From positions 71,796,001 through 71,860,000 of the forward strand of contig OZ320318.1 of assembly GCA_976226885.1 (NCBI GenBank): a DNA stretch of 64,000 nt, in the 5' to 3' direction. Shown in pieces: positions 1-13,619 of this stretch (position 1 is its first letter; each line of letters begins with the position of its first letter). The notes under the pieces were generated by a model. The model saw nothing but the letters and a program-made list of their open reading frames with translations, made no database searches and was not told the origin of the DNA. This DNA comes from Iphione sp. A-MEVVRFRX5 (lineage: Eukaryota). Position numbers and translations under genes: made by a program.

Positions 1-1090
1 AACACAGGGATGCACAGTTACTCGGGATTTGTTCCAGTAGGCCGACTGGATTTCATCAACAGAATGTCAGGTGAAATTTCCGGAAAAATCCATCAGCACA
101 ATTACTTCATGTGGCTGCACGGACTCTTTCAACATTGTGATATTTCTATGCTGCTCCTTGGTCCTAAGCACATGTTGTCGAAATTTTGCCACATCAGACA
201 TGAACAACTGGTCAAAATTATGCTTAGATAGAGTCTCCTGGATACAGTTTACTTGGTTGCTGTCATCAACTTTCACATGTTCCCAAGAATAAAAGGTCAC
301 ATCTGAAGAAATATCTGCAGCAGCAATGATCTATTCATCCTCCCGTCAGCTATCATAACATCAGGGGAACCCTTCAAACCAACAACCTTCATCTTTAATT
401 TTAGTCTCAGGAAATTCACTGATGAACACATTCCAATTATTTTTCTCATAATCCGAGAGAACATGAGTCTGGATCTTGTGGTTCCCATCCACCTTAGTTG
501 CCTCCTTCTTACCAGCAGTCATACGAGAAATGTCATCTCTCTCATAGACACTGATGACTTTTTTCAACAATTGAGACCTTGATGTTGTTAGTCTAGTCTT
601 AAACTTCTTGAACTGCTTCCTACTCAAGTTGTTTTGGTTTGTCCTGGTCGTCATACCCAAGTACAGTCTGTACTTACGTGTGATCTTACCAGACAGTCTC
701 TTCCTCATTGTTACTTTCCTTGTATTTCTGGAGCGGCTTTGGAGGAGGACAGTATGATGGGCGATAAGCTTTTTCATTAGCTGCTGTGGCTGCAAACCTG
801 TCCTTCTAAGATCTCGTTCTGCTTTTTCCTTTGGATTCAGATCAGGTCTCTCTCATACTTGTTCTTTGAACTTTTTCTTTCGACATTCCAGCTTTTTTGC
901 AGCTTCCACACTCTTCTCTCTGATTTCTTCTGTGATGAAAATACTTTTCTGATCTCTCTGTTCTTAGATGCAATGATCCTGCCTCAGCCGAATTCAAATC
1001 CTTAAAGTGCGTGTCGGTAACACCTATTATCCTCTGATACAGTTTCCGACATGCATACATATGGTTTATACATAGGTTTCTTATGGTCAC
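1..1090 (-). pseudogene. Decayed DDE DNA-transposon transposase (Sola-like, probably Sola2 type), running off the left end of the window
   Basis: Minus-strand fragments: YERDDISRMTAGKKEATK (ORF 361-795), VTFYSWEHV...HEVIVLMDFSGNFT*, then in frame HSVDEIQSAYWNKSRVTVHPCV (1-66). This matches the DF(A/S)ENY...DEIQSA(H/Y)W...VT(I/V)HP signature of this transposase class. It has stops and frameshifts. The superfamily name is from memory. Confidence 0.7.
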
Positions 1091-4000
1091 TTACACCACA
1101 GCATTACATCAATTACGCTCATCATCCCTGGACACTGTTTATTGTAGTTCGTTATTATTATTTTCGTGAATATTTCTACCATTATGACAGACAAAAATTG
1201 TTCTATGTAATTTAACAGAATATAATATCTTCAATAATCACATTTCACCATATGTCTATACATCAAATACTTGAATCAGGGAGCAGTATGAACTTCGTTT
1301 GTAGACATCCCCGCAAGCTCAATAGAACAGTGTAGAAGTTCCTATTTAATCCGCTAGATGTCACCTTGTTATGACGTGACACAACGGTGACATAAACAAA
1401 CATCTAGTGACATATTTTGTAAGTATTGATGTATTTCTTTATGCTTGTGGTGTAAGTAACATGTGATGTAAATGACAAATCAAGGGTATTCAACTCATTC
1501 AGGGATATATTTTAAGGGAAATTGAACAAAACACTCCCTCCTTTTGTTAATGGCAACAATAAATATATATCTGTAAAATAAGATATTAATTTCTGAAATA
1601 ATTCTGTATGAAGATCGTAAGTGACATCCTTAAAAAGTACATATGCATCAGAAGCACTTTTTCTACTATCGTGAAATATAATGATGGAGGACTACCGCTG
1701 GGGACCTCAGTTAGTTGTTGCCAGTTTACTGCACTTATTTTCTAGCGTTTTCCAACTATTTCACCATTTAATGACAATCATATGATCGTAAGTGACAGAA
1801 AAATGATGGACAATACTTACCTCAACTCTGAATTGAAAATTATCATCTCTTATACCAGAAACAAGGATGTCAGATTAATAGTGGCACATTTCTCAATATT
1901 TACTAACAGTACATAAATCATAACACATTTAATAAATATTTTTCCCTATAATTATAATGGATGTAATACAATGGACACCTTACATTTGCCTATTACCCAT
2001 GTTTCATGCAGTCTTCTAGCCTATAAGCTCTTCAAGAATTATGCAAACCCATATATCTTTTTTATCACCAATACCTCCAGATGTAAAATACATGTATTCC
2101 ATATTTTTCATAATAAAATTGAACGAACATTCTCCATATAGCACAATAAGTACAAAGACACTATTTGCTAGGCTTAACTGAGAATACCCTGCATTCAGTG
2201 CATCCGCAAGTATGTTTCCCTACCAATATATATCATTATAAATTTAGATGGACACATCCACCCAGACCGGGATCAACTGGAAGTGGATCAACTCTGCAGA
2301 TATATCACTCTAAAAAGTCCCTAATGCAGACAGTGGACTCGGATCTTTTATTGGCAACTGATATGTATGCCATACCACTGCGCTATCATGCCCGGAAGAA
2401 TGAGAGAAATCAGAATGTTTTGGGCACAGTTCTAAAGTGACACTGTATCATTGTAATTGATTTCTCCCAATCGTACACACATCAGGCGATTTACGTGCAT
2501 GACCTTACTCCCGTTTTTATGGTTATTGGTGGCCACCATTTGTATGAATAGGCAGAATTTAGTGTGGTCAGACCCGGTGCACATCCGTCATAGGACGGCG
2601 TTTATGAGTTATGAATCATGACGCCTCCTCGCCCAACGTATTGATGGTTGACTTTGACAGTGGCCGACATTGTTTACTGAGCACTCCCCACCCTTTGTGC
2701 ATAGGGATGATGTCACCGCGCTAGGGACGGCAGTCCTCAAACAAGACGGACGCTTGCCATATACATGTAAGCTGATGATGCACACGGTAAATAGCGAGAT
2801 AGGACAGGGGGAGGAGTATATGCCGTGAGGTGTATGTATGGCCAGCTGCAAGCCCACGGATCTAATCAAGGGTGTTATATTCACGCTCCTGCAATTCAAG
2901 ATCGTCTAAACATAAATGAATAAACTAATGCATATCTTTTGCCTTGAATTAGCTCGAATACAAGCATAGCATGATAGACCATTCAGAGATATTCTTGTAC
3001 ATCAGATTATATTGTTTATCTAGATATTTGAAATAGCAGCAGTAGTGAACTCTTCTGGCAGCAAGCCAACAACGGGACAGTTCTACCGTTAATAGAAGTC
3101 TATTTAAGAGCAGGCTGAATATGTGAATATGTGAATATGTTCCTTTTTATTGCCCTTTACGGAAACTGTACCCTAGAACAAAACATTTAGTTTCCCTGAA
3201 AGAGATAACTTTAAGTCTGTCAGATTTTAAAATACTTTAGAAAATGTTGCGGTTAAGATGCATAGTGTGAAATAGGAAAAACTAATACCTCAGTTTTCAC
3301 ATGGCCTTTATCCATTTCGATTACCGTTGCAAAACATACCGCCTCTCTGTCACTTACATTGCCATAAAATATTGTTTCGTATAAGTATCACCTATGTTGT
3401 TAATGGGGGAGCATGACAATTATGTAAACCTAATTTGTGTTATTCCTACTTTCAGTCGCAGTTTCCCTAATAGCTTTGAACTTTCAGTTATATTTGTATG
3501 TGCCTTCCTATTTGGAAATTAAATCCTGACTTAAGCAGCCCCTATGCAACAAACTATATATCGTACAAATAATTGGTCAAGTGGCAACATTATCTTAAAC
3601 TATCACTTCACTATGTTACTCTGACTATTTTTTTATCATTAATTTGCGGATTATGCAGGACTTCCTTTGAACGACATTGTTTGTGTAAAATACTTTTTAG
3701 TTTAACATTCCCTCGAATCCTTTTTTTTCCATTGGTCAATCATCCGTTGTCTTCTGGGCATCAATTCTTCGCTTAAGTTGATGGTATTCTGAGGGCACAT
3801 CTGATCTATAAAAACGCGCATTTGATTAGTTTTACTATTGACGGGTCTGTCTCCCACTGTTTTCCAACTGCTGCCTCCGTTGGCGCGAGCGGCGGTCGCT
3901 GTCGCTTCACCCCCTTTTCCGAGTACTACTTAGTCTACGGCCTCACCTCAACCACCGCCCTGGACTGCAGAAGGTGTTAGGGAGAGAGGAAACGAGGCGG

Positions 4001-5449
4001 TAGGGTCGTCACCGGCCGTTGCTGCCCCTGTCTCCGCCGGCCGTCTCTGCCGACTCAGTGCTGCGGATTGGCTGGTGCCACTGGTGGCGCGGCCGCCTTG
4101 CCAGCGCCGACTGCGGCGGCAGCTCGTGGTGGTGGTGCTTGTCACAGTGCGAGGTGCGGGGGCGGGGCCTGACGCGGGTAGTTGCCGCCGTCGACTTGTT
4201 CATAGAGCCGGCTCAGACGTGAGAGAGGAGGAGGAGGAGGAGGAGGTGGTGGTGGTGGTGGAGGACGAGGAAGAGGAGGAGAGGGAAACCGGTGGATTCT
4301 TGGCGGAGCACCAGCACCACTGACACAGCGTCGACCCCCCCCCCCTCCCCCAGCCCCCCCGAACCACCGCCAACGCCAATAGAACTAGCAGCAGCACCAC
4401 CACTAACGCCACCACTACCAGCACCACCGCAATTGCAGCAGAAGCAGTTGAGTGGGGAAGCTGTAGGCAGCGGCCGGCTGAAAGACAGGGGACCAGCCAG
4501 GGAAGGAACGACAGATGCTAGCACTGCTGGTAAGGCCGCTCTCGTCACATTGGCGGCTGCCGCGCAAGGATAGGGAGCGTGGGCCGTGACAGGGAAGACA
4601 CGGGCCGGGCATGACAGGGCAGTGGTCGGCCGGCCCGACTGGTCTCTAACGCCAACAGAGATAAACAGAGATAAGCGGGCCTCCACGCTTGCTCCCAGCG
4701 GGGAGGAGGAAGCCAGGAGGACCTCCTAGAAACCCCGGGGCGAGAATAGAGGTCTCCCAGGTGGGTGAGGACAGCGACAACGACTGGGGCGTGCGAGCCA
4801 CGCCGCTGCCGAGCGTGACACCGACAGCCGCCGGGCCTGTACGGTAGGCAGCCTGGGTTGCTCGAGGGACCTGATTGCAAGAATCCGAACACGCCTGTCA
4901 CCAATTAAACGCAGATATAAGGCGCACTATTCTGTAGAGTTCATCCACTATCATTCCTGGTCTGGAAGGATGCATGCAAGTCCTCCAGCACTTGGTCCAG
5001 TGACAGTGAACAATCGTACTGCCGACGTGCATCTCAGGACAAAGTGCACGCTTGCCTGACATTGCCATGCAACGTGGCTACTGCCAACAACACAAGGGGG
5101 GATCTTAGCTGCCCTGCTTGCTGCTGACCTGGAACACGCCGGGGCCAGATGTGGCTTAGGTGGTCATGTTACGACACACTCTAAATATTCATGTGTAGTA
5201 GGTCCGAGCTGGGGTGCCCTGAGAGGGGAGAAGTGGCTTCCAGCATCACTTGACTTGATGAGGGCAGGTGAGTACAAACCAGACCACGTCAAATCTAAAG
5301 CCAATGTTCTAATTAATGTACATGTATTCACTGGTGAAGCATGTCTTGTCATTTAAGCATAGTTGCAGTGGAGGGGTTCTAAAGTGGCTTTCTTCATATA
5401 TGAAAAAATATCAGTCTACAATGCACTGCAACAATGTACATGTATTGTA

Positions 5450-6720
5450 TACTAGTTCGCAAAGAAACTGTTACAGGGCTTTTCATGTGTGTTAAACGAT
5501 TTTCTCCTATAGAAGTAAGCCAAAATACTAAAGAAGCTTTACCAACGAAACCATCCAACTATTCCATTGCCCATTTATGGAAGATAAAGGAGAACGCCAA
5601 TAATGGGATGTACAGACGGAAATCACAATTGACATCAACTTAACACGTGCGCCCCACCCCCTTGTATGATCCCATTCGTGATAGAAAAAGTAAGGCGACA
5701 GTAATATGCCTTTATTGACGACCAACTCGTGAGATGCCGGGATGTAAAATAACGTATAGAGGAGGACATTCCCTTCAGGATGTGTTAATGGTCTCCTACC
5801 GGGAGAACTTGCAGATTAAAAAAGTACCTTTCATGAGTTGCTTAGCTAATAGAGGCTTACATTTTCAATGCAAGAGAATTTTAATAAATGAATAGAGATT
5901 GTATATTAGAAGTAAGGAGCATATTTTTTTTTTTACCAAACACTGTACAGTGAGCAGCAAACAGGTATATTGTAAAGTGTGCAGCGAGAATTTTTTGAGT
6001 TCTTCTAGGAGATTGCAATGAGAGACTGACTAATTTGTTTCAAAGAACTGCAACGAGAGGCAAGACGGTTATCACATACAACATGATAAGTAGACGGATA
6101 TTACACACAACAGCAAGGGGACGGTGACTTTTGTCTGATGGTTTATTGAGACAAGGCGCAGCTCATGTAGCAGGCAGGTGCTCCGTGTGTGAACGAGAGG
6201 CAAATGTTTGTCAGCACTTGAGGTTATCAGGCAGCAATATGAGGTTTCCGCCTTCCAAACATAAGAGCACTGCATGTAATGATTGCAACTTCCATGCAGC
6301 CACCGCACTGTCGTGTTCAGCCTCCCTCTTCTCCTGCGTAATAATTTGCTTCACAGTCGGGGCTAGTTTAAGAAAACACATGCAGAGACGTGCAGACAGA
6401 CAGCGAGTTCCAGGTAAAAAAGGGAGACCAGTCTGTAGTTCGGTGAAGCGGGAGATGACGCTCGCCCAGAGGATCATTGGAGATGAAACCAATGCTGCTG
6501 TGACAGCCACCGAGAACTGCTTAAATGGCAGATTTGATAGTGTTTGTCATCCATGGGCCCCGCTTCAGGATGAACGATGTTGCGGTGGCTAGGCAGCCAA
6601 TTATGGGACCGGGCCTGTGTCATTATCATTGCCTCTTCATAAAAGTTTGATGTCAGGGGCCCTCTTGGCGTCAATGCACCTTCGTTTTACAGCGGATATT
6701 TTATCAACATTATCACCTGA
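5450..6720 (-). pseudogene. Highly degraded hAT-like transposase remnant
   Basis: Minus-strand pieces occur in the hAT order across frames: IGCLATATSFILKRG (cf. CxAHxLNL), FTWNS / PGTRCLSARLCMCFLKLAPTVKQII (cf. TRWNS), AWKLQSLHAVLLCLEG (cf. W..l..l..vL.p.e) and LTSIGENRLT (cf. ATS..sERxFS). The matches are weak and broken. Confidence 0.4.
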
Positions 6721-7848
6721 TTAATCATTTTGTTCCGGCTGCCGACCCATTTGTACTGAAATAGTCTCATGCTGTCCGGGATCATCCAAAATGGCTTTTG
6801 TAGTTAGTGAGCTTCATGGACGACAGAATCAGATCTGTGTTTTTAATTTTAAGAGACACCTTCCAACAAGATGGGAAGGCAGACAGCTGGCAAAAGAGGA
6901 TGAGGTATCACATACATGATATCTAATATGTTTCAGGTCTGATCGATTTTCGAGACACGAAACACATATACATGTATGTGTTGTGTGGCCTTTTTGTTTT
7001 TGCTCAAAAATTGAAAAAAGACAGGCCGATCCTTGTCCACAGAAGATGTACATGTTTATTTACATGAATTACAATAACCAGATTCTCCAATTATCGATTT
7101 CTGGTATGTGGACAATTGTACTATGTATAGTTAACCAAAGTTCTGGACTACTCTAAAACAAGGTGGAAGCGAAACTGACAAAACTGCTTTGTAGGGAAGA
7201 ACCAGCGGTTTGAAAGCAAACGTTGTCATACGTAAAGCGGTTCATATACAAGTAAGTTGGACCGTATCGTCTTCGCTCGTCGGCAACCTATTGCGATTTT
7301 CATCCACGAAGTTATAGCAGTATTAATTGTATTCCTGAGCCTATCAGTGACCCAATCGATTTTGAGAATCACAGATTCGTAATGTTTATCACTAGGACCA
7401 TGAGCACCACCAAAATGTTCTTTTGCGTTTTGCGCGATAGGCCGTTGAATAAGCTGCATTTCATAATGCAGTCTGAATCAAACTGGACTAAATGCACCAG
7501 GAAGTGGGGTTTCACATTTCAAAATCCCGAAAAGGTCCACTCCTGACAACATCCTTATGGTCGCATGTATCAGTTAATGCAGATTATAGTCATGAAAAAG
7601 GGGACTTGCCCGTCGGACACCTCGGAACTCCATGCATTAGTTCGTATAATATTACATCTAATATTACATCCTTGGCTCCGCCTGGGCCTGTCGTATGAAT
7701 GCAACTTCGATGTTAGCCTTTGGTCTTTACCTACTGTGGATCACATGATTCTTTATTCAGAGCGTTCAAAGGGAGACCTTTGATGTGGTCCATCTCCAAG
7801 CGTCGCTTTCAACTATCAGTTCCGTGTTGCTGTTAAACCTGCTTCAGC

Positions 7849-7851
<3 letters not shown>

Positions 7852-7883
<32 letters not shown>
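7852..7883. repeat. (GA)n microsatellite
   Basis: Direct reading. Confidence 0.95.
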
Positions 7884-7885
<2 letters not shown>

Positions 7886-10800
7886 GCGACAAAGCCAGAA
7901 GCTGCTATTAGCTATTCCTCTGATGTTATTCATAATGCTTACAGATTATGTCTATAGAAAGTTATAATACGTGCAAAAAGGTCTTAGGGTCTTAGATTCG
8001 ACCGGCTAGGCATGAATTTTATATGAAATGACTAGCCTTCCTCGACAATCACAACTCCGCTACTATCAGCTAGACCTAAGAAATAGTTACATCCTGAAAC
8101 ATTAGCCCATCCCTTCATAGCATTCCCTTGTTCACTTGCGGTCACTATACAGTCTGTGTGTGTATTTGTCTCATACAAACTCGCCGCTGTATATGACCTT
8201 TCGCTGGCTTCGATCGAATTTTGCAGTGATCTAGAGTTCAAAGCCATTTCCGGGTGACCAACGATCCGCGGATGGTTATTGTCAAGGAACTCTGGTTATG
8301 TCAAGCCAATGCAGTTTTCATTTTGACATTCTGTGCAATCTGCACTAGCTAGCAATAAGATGCATACTCGTCCAGAACGCGATGGGCCAAAAATAAATAA
8401 CGTCGCTTTTAATGATCATAACTGATAGGAATTTCAGGAGAGGAAAACATTGCTATGAGGCGCATTTCGATAACATAAGTGTGACAAGATTCGGAATAGT
8501 CAGGCACAAGGTAACAATTCAATGGAGACAATGAATATGTTGGATGCAATGTTAGAAGGATATGTGCTACCCACCAAATAGCATTATTTACACCTCTGCA
8601 AAACTGTGCAAGGCGGGGTGACAATACAATATCATCTATGATCATACTTCAGAAAATAATTCTATCGTGCAAAGAGTGTATTGCTCAGCAAGGTTGCTAT
8701 TTTTTTCATGATACAGTGACATGTTTGGGAGAATATGTTATGCTATATATCAGTTTTATCTATTTTGATAAAGGCGTTGACAATTATTTATATCTATGCA
8801 CTTGTATCATTTAGAAAAATTGGCATTACTGCATAATTTCTCATATTGATGCATTTGACAAACTGTCGCAGTTGGTGATGAAACTTACGCATCGCATTAT
8901 TTGTTTGGCGCGACTATAATTTGCGTATACAGAGGAGGATCTTGCGTTATCTTATACAAGTATTATGTCATCAGGTATATTTTAATTTACGTACTCCAAA
9001 AATCATTTTCCGGATCCGAGTCGACAGCGACTCTAAATAATTGGAGTTCCGGGACAACGTAAAAGGTCACGCATATAATTAGAAACCTAATTAAAAATTG
9101 CAATGATTTGAAACCCAATGCAGATGACATTTAGGACATTTCCAAAACTTTGCAAGAATCAAATCTGTGCAGCTGTTCATAATGTTATCATTTTTTATAT
9201 TTGTGAAGAAATCAGCCACAATTCTTATATCTGAATGTTATAAAATTAACCTAGCCAAAAGAATATTACATCCTAGTCATCACGTTGAACAAACTAAAAC
9301 GCAAAAGTTATAATCATAGAACGGAACAAATAATTCCCCGTATGATATTTTCGTAGGAAAACAAGTAAATGCCTAAACTGCTTTGGAGAGAAAAATTTCT
9401 CGGAAACCTTTCACTCGTTTGTTTACTCTTGATTTCGTTATCCGTGAAGGCATGGTGTTGCTGATAACCTTTTTTGATGACTGGGTCTGCATTCTAAGAA
9501 CGCTTTTTGGAGGGGAACGTGAATCCATAATTGAAAATACAAAATCAAAAAGACCGCTTTCCTTAACCGGTGTGGTCATGGAGCTCACTGCTACCACATG
9601 AAGAAGATATCTAGGAGTGCTCTGGTCTCCGGAAAGAGGAGCTTCCTTGTTGAGAATGGCTTCACCACACGCCACGTGTAAAATAGAAAGGAGGTGGGTG
9701 AAATACCAAATGAAAGGCTTGAAGAGCTGGCTAGTGCGAAAGTGAGCGAAACCAAAGTGAGCTCGTTAATTAGCTATCGGGGTGTGACGGGCCGGAGACT
9801 GTAGCTGCCACTTGCAGATAAATATCAGATACGTCAGGCAGGCGCTGCTTAATTGGTCAGTGATTGGATGGGCTGTTACATTACCTTCGGGAATCTCCCT
9901 GCCAGACCCTGGTAACGGCTGCTCCTTCGACCCTTTTTTTTCTGGCAGTGCATGTTCGTCTCTCATTCGCTCACTATAGCGTCTGTCTCTCTTGCATATT
10001 TCTGTAAATCTCTCTCTCTCACTCATTCTCTCTCTCGCCTCTCTGTCCGTTTCTTTCTTTATCTCTTACTCTCCGTAATGGTAGAGTTCTACTTCACTCT
10101 CCTCACTTGGGTTCGTGTTCTTTAACCCTGTCTCCGATCGTCCATCTAAAGGACGCTAATTAGATCGTCATACATATGGTAATAATACCTTTCTGCACCT
10201 TCTCCGCTCCACTCGTTGCAAAGTAATGAGTACGGCAGAACAATTCAACAGCCTAGTAGATGTCCTTTTATGAGAGAAAGCATGATGTGGCATACTTTCC
10301 CTTGGTGTGAAGGCATGCAGCGTCATATCGAATTGAACTTGTCAAACAGGAAAGGGATACAAGGCAAGTTGTAGAACCCTAAATTTAACCACGACATGCA
10401 TTCACCATTGTTAAAATCCTGTACACCTTTTTGTATATCGCTTGATCAAAATTGTTTTGCTAAATAAAACAAAAACCTAATTTCCAATGAATTGAGGAGA
10501 TTAATGCAGGTCAATTATAAATGTATTTTCTTCACTTCTGATATGGTTTCTGCATAATTCCCAACCAACATTTTCCGTGGGAGATTTTTTTTGCCTGGAC
10601 CAAGAATGTATGCTCAATGTATGCATGTCGTCAATTCCAAGTGAAGTTGTATTCAATGTCTGTTGACACCCGATAGTAGATGTCGACCTTCTTACAGACA
10701 GAAGCACGTCTGTTATACCATACCTGTTTACTAACACCCAAATTCCGACACTTGTACTTTGTACTTGTAGCGGGGCGACGTATTGGAGACGTCAGGGCTT

Positions 10801-11849
10801 CGCCTATGAGGCAGCCCAATGCAGGAACGCAGCAGCGTGTGCAGTGTACCGAGGTGCACGTGCACTCACCCCCTCTCGCCAGGGTTACAGTGGGCTGGGA
10901 TTCCCACCGGTGTGCTGCGCGTAGTCTTTGCCAGCCGAAGCTGGACTTGGTGTGGTGGGTGTCACTCGGATGACGAGGATTGCTGGAGTTGATCAACTTT
11001 CGGAAGCCTGTGCACACAACACAAACGGTTGTCCTCAGGGCCCTCCCCGGACTATATTTAACGTTGGGCCGGGGAAAAAACGACGGCGGGCGAGCCCAGA
11101 CGTGGCCGAGAGAGACGTAACGATGATTGACAGGTGTCAGCGCAGTGTGAGTGGATGTGCAACCAGGCGTGACGAGTGCACGAGCACCCATCACTCGCCC
11201 ACCAGTCCAGTGCAACAGTGGTTGGGCCGACCACCGGCGTCTGGCTGCACGAAAATTTGCTTCAACCGGTGGGGGGACACCACCGGGAAGTCTTCTGAAT
11301 TTGTACATGACCAAAGTAACATGTCTGCCACCACAACATTCATGTCACTCACCCCCCAGTACCAGGATTCCGACACCATCATATACGGTACTTAATGTCA
11401 GACTGATACCCTAATGTTCAAGCCCAGGCTTTCACTCTCCGGTCCCGGTCACTTGATGTAAATGTATCCTGTGGGCATCTGCCTTTCTAATATGGCCAAC
11501 CACCCCGTGCGTGGTCTGTTTCTCGTCAGCGCACATTATTCCGGTCTTAGTGAGTCGCTCCTTCGCCACATACCAAGCTGCTCGGCAGTTTAGTGGTTTC
11601 CTTAGTTACCCCTCGCCGCGTATCATTGCCAATACCTCCTACGTGTTGGACAGCACTCAACTGGCCCGCCAAGCGTCACCAAGGCAACAGAGGTAGTCAG
11701 TATTGCTTGTGGGGAATCGGAAAGGGGAGGAGTACTCTCTACAGCGTTCACTTGCGTGTGGAGGTGGTAGGAGAGGGTGGTTCGGGATAGGAAGTGACCA
11801 TGATTTTCCCTGAGTATAGGAATTGAATATCTAGTTTATATGAAGTGTT

Positions 11850-13465
11850 ATGAGGAGGTGAGTTAGTGTCCCTGCCTCTCTGAGTGCTACCGAGTGATGG
11901 AAAGCCATCAATTGTGTGTCCCTATATATCTGTTTTTCTTGGCTCCCTAGGGGACTTATAGTGAGGTTTCTCCATGCAATATATGATTCTTGAAAAGGGG
12001 GGCTTTGTTTGTACCACATGTAACACGGTTTTGACGGTTTCCTCTTCAGGCACTGTACAAAGAATGACCTGATTCAGCTAAAGATGATCATTTATTACAG
12101 TTTGTGTTAGCTGTTATCACATTTTCAGACAGGAATATAGGGATTTATTATGGCGAGGCTATTGACCGTTTAGCTTTAATCTCCATCTTAGATGCTAAGT
12201 CCATATGGTGAAATAGTTCTGAGCCAGTGGATCCATTTTAGGTCCAATTTATTTTAAGATTTTAGAAGATTCTAGTTTGGATGAAAGGTGGATGAACTCT
12301 ACTACACTGATTAACATGTTAGATTGACTGTCATGTTCCTCAGTCTTAAAAGTTTTCTTTGATTAGAGTTTTGTCTTTTTAACATTTGATATCATAAAGG
12401 TGGTGTCTGATTCTCTCTGATTTTCTGTTTGGTTTGGCCCACATAGCCTATGTTACATTTCTTGCAAGTGACTACATAGATCACATTGCTGCTGTGGAAG
12501 GAGAAGTGGGTTTGGGTTATATACATATATTCTCAGCCCGTTTTTTTTCTGGTAATGTTCCCTCCCTTGTTGAGGATAGGGCAGTATCTGCATTGAGTGT
12601 TATTTTCATTTTCATTGTATCTTTAACCAGGAACTAGATATTCTCTATCACATGACAGAGCTCTTCCATATGCTCCCAGGGTAGCATACTACCATCTATA
12701 ATTGTTGAGAATTGAGAGACCAGAATACCCGGGGTTGTCCCCTACTCTTATTTCAAATAGGTTTCTGGGGTCTTTTTGTGCATAGGGGACAGAATCCTAT
12801 ATACCCATGGCCTTTTTATGAGTTGTGGACCACTCTGGGTTGGGGCTACACTAAATCTGTCTGGTTGTGATCAAGAGTCCCAAGCTGGGGATTAAACCTG
12901 CAACCTCTCAATCAGTGGACAGTGCTCTACCACTGAGCTAACTCCCCACTGTCTCTGAATCTTGCTCTGACTAGATGTTTTTGTCTCTTACAGTCCATGA
13001 TTACTGTCACTTAAGTGGTTGGTAGTCTTGAATTTTTTCAGGATCTCCCAGTTTTTGTAGACTATTGTTTCTATTTCCATGTTGTCAGGGTGATATTGGG
13101 TTTTGAATATGTTTGGTGCCATATTTGGGTGTAAGCTCCAGATTTGCGGTTTTATTCAACAATTGATCTCGATCTGTCTTAGATGCCTCATGTAGGACTA
13201 CAGCGACATTTTCGGGATAACTGCTCATGATCATAGCTTTCGCCTTTTTTATGCTGTTGTTCACAAAATTGATATTGTCCCTGCATATTCGCCTTATTCT
13301 TAACTGACTGTAAGGGATGTTTTTCTTCAGTCTGAAGGAATGTGCCAAGCTGAAATGTAGGAGGATATTTCCATCTGTGGGTTTGACATTTAAATTGGAT
13401 TTCAATTCGCCTTTTTCAGACAGGGTACCAGTTTATATAAAGATGACAGTAAGATAAGCTATACA
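11850..13465 (-). mobile_element. 5'-truncated, decayed Penelope-like retroelement (RT C-terminus + GIY-YIG endonuclease + 3' UTR/pseudo-LTR), interrupted by a SINE
   Basis: ORF 13085-13405 has KPTD...FSLAHSFRLKKNIPYSQLRIRRIC, the Penelope RT thumb. The linker reads IVYKNWEIL...HLVRARF. After the SINE come CRYCPILN and NVIYVVTCKKCNIGYVGQT (GIY-YIG, about 12420-12490), then KWIHWLRTISPYGLSI* ending near 12187. The downstream UTR is homologous to the 32075-32426 insertion. Confidence 0.85.
12602..12947 (-). mobile_element. Full-length tRNA-derived SINE with Deu/Nin-type central domain and (TGAAA)n tail
   Basis: The minus strand begins GGGGAGTTAGCTCAGTGG (A box)...GGTTTAATCCCC (B box). The central AAAAAGACCCCAGAAACCTATTTGAAATAAGAGTAGGGGACAACCCCGGGTATTCTGG resembles the DeuSINE/Nin core. 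It ends GATACAATGAAAATGAAAA. A second copy lies at 26772-27040. Confidence 0.85.
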
Positions 13466-13619
13466 GTTGGGAAAGAAAGACAATGTTTGTCTTTCAAATC
13501 AGGTCATCACTTCGACTGAACGGCACATTTACATAAAGTATATATTAATCATCAGTATTTTTCCATCGAGGAAAGCATAATGCATTAAATAAACTATAAT
13601 GATATAATATATTGCATGC

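Noticed and set aside
6131-6592. 153-aa + strand ORF with Cys pairs
   Set aside because: Better explained as antisense to the hAT-like remnant; no zinc-finger spacing recognised.
11831-12019. Possible second Penelope RT fragment (GTNKAP...RYIG)
   Set aside because: The nucleotide sequence aligns better with the non-coding 32075-32426 insertion, so it is UTR/pseudo-LTR.
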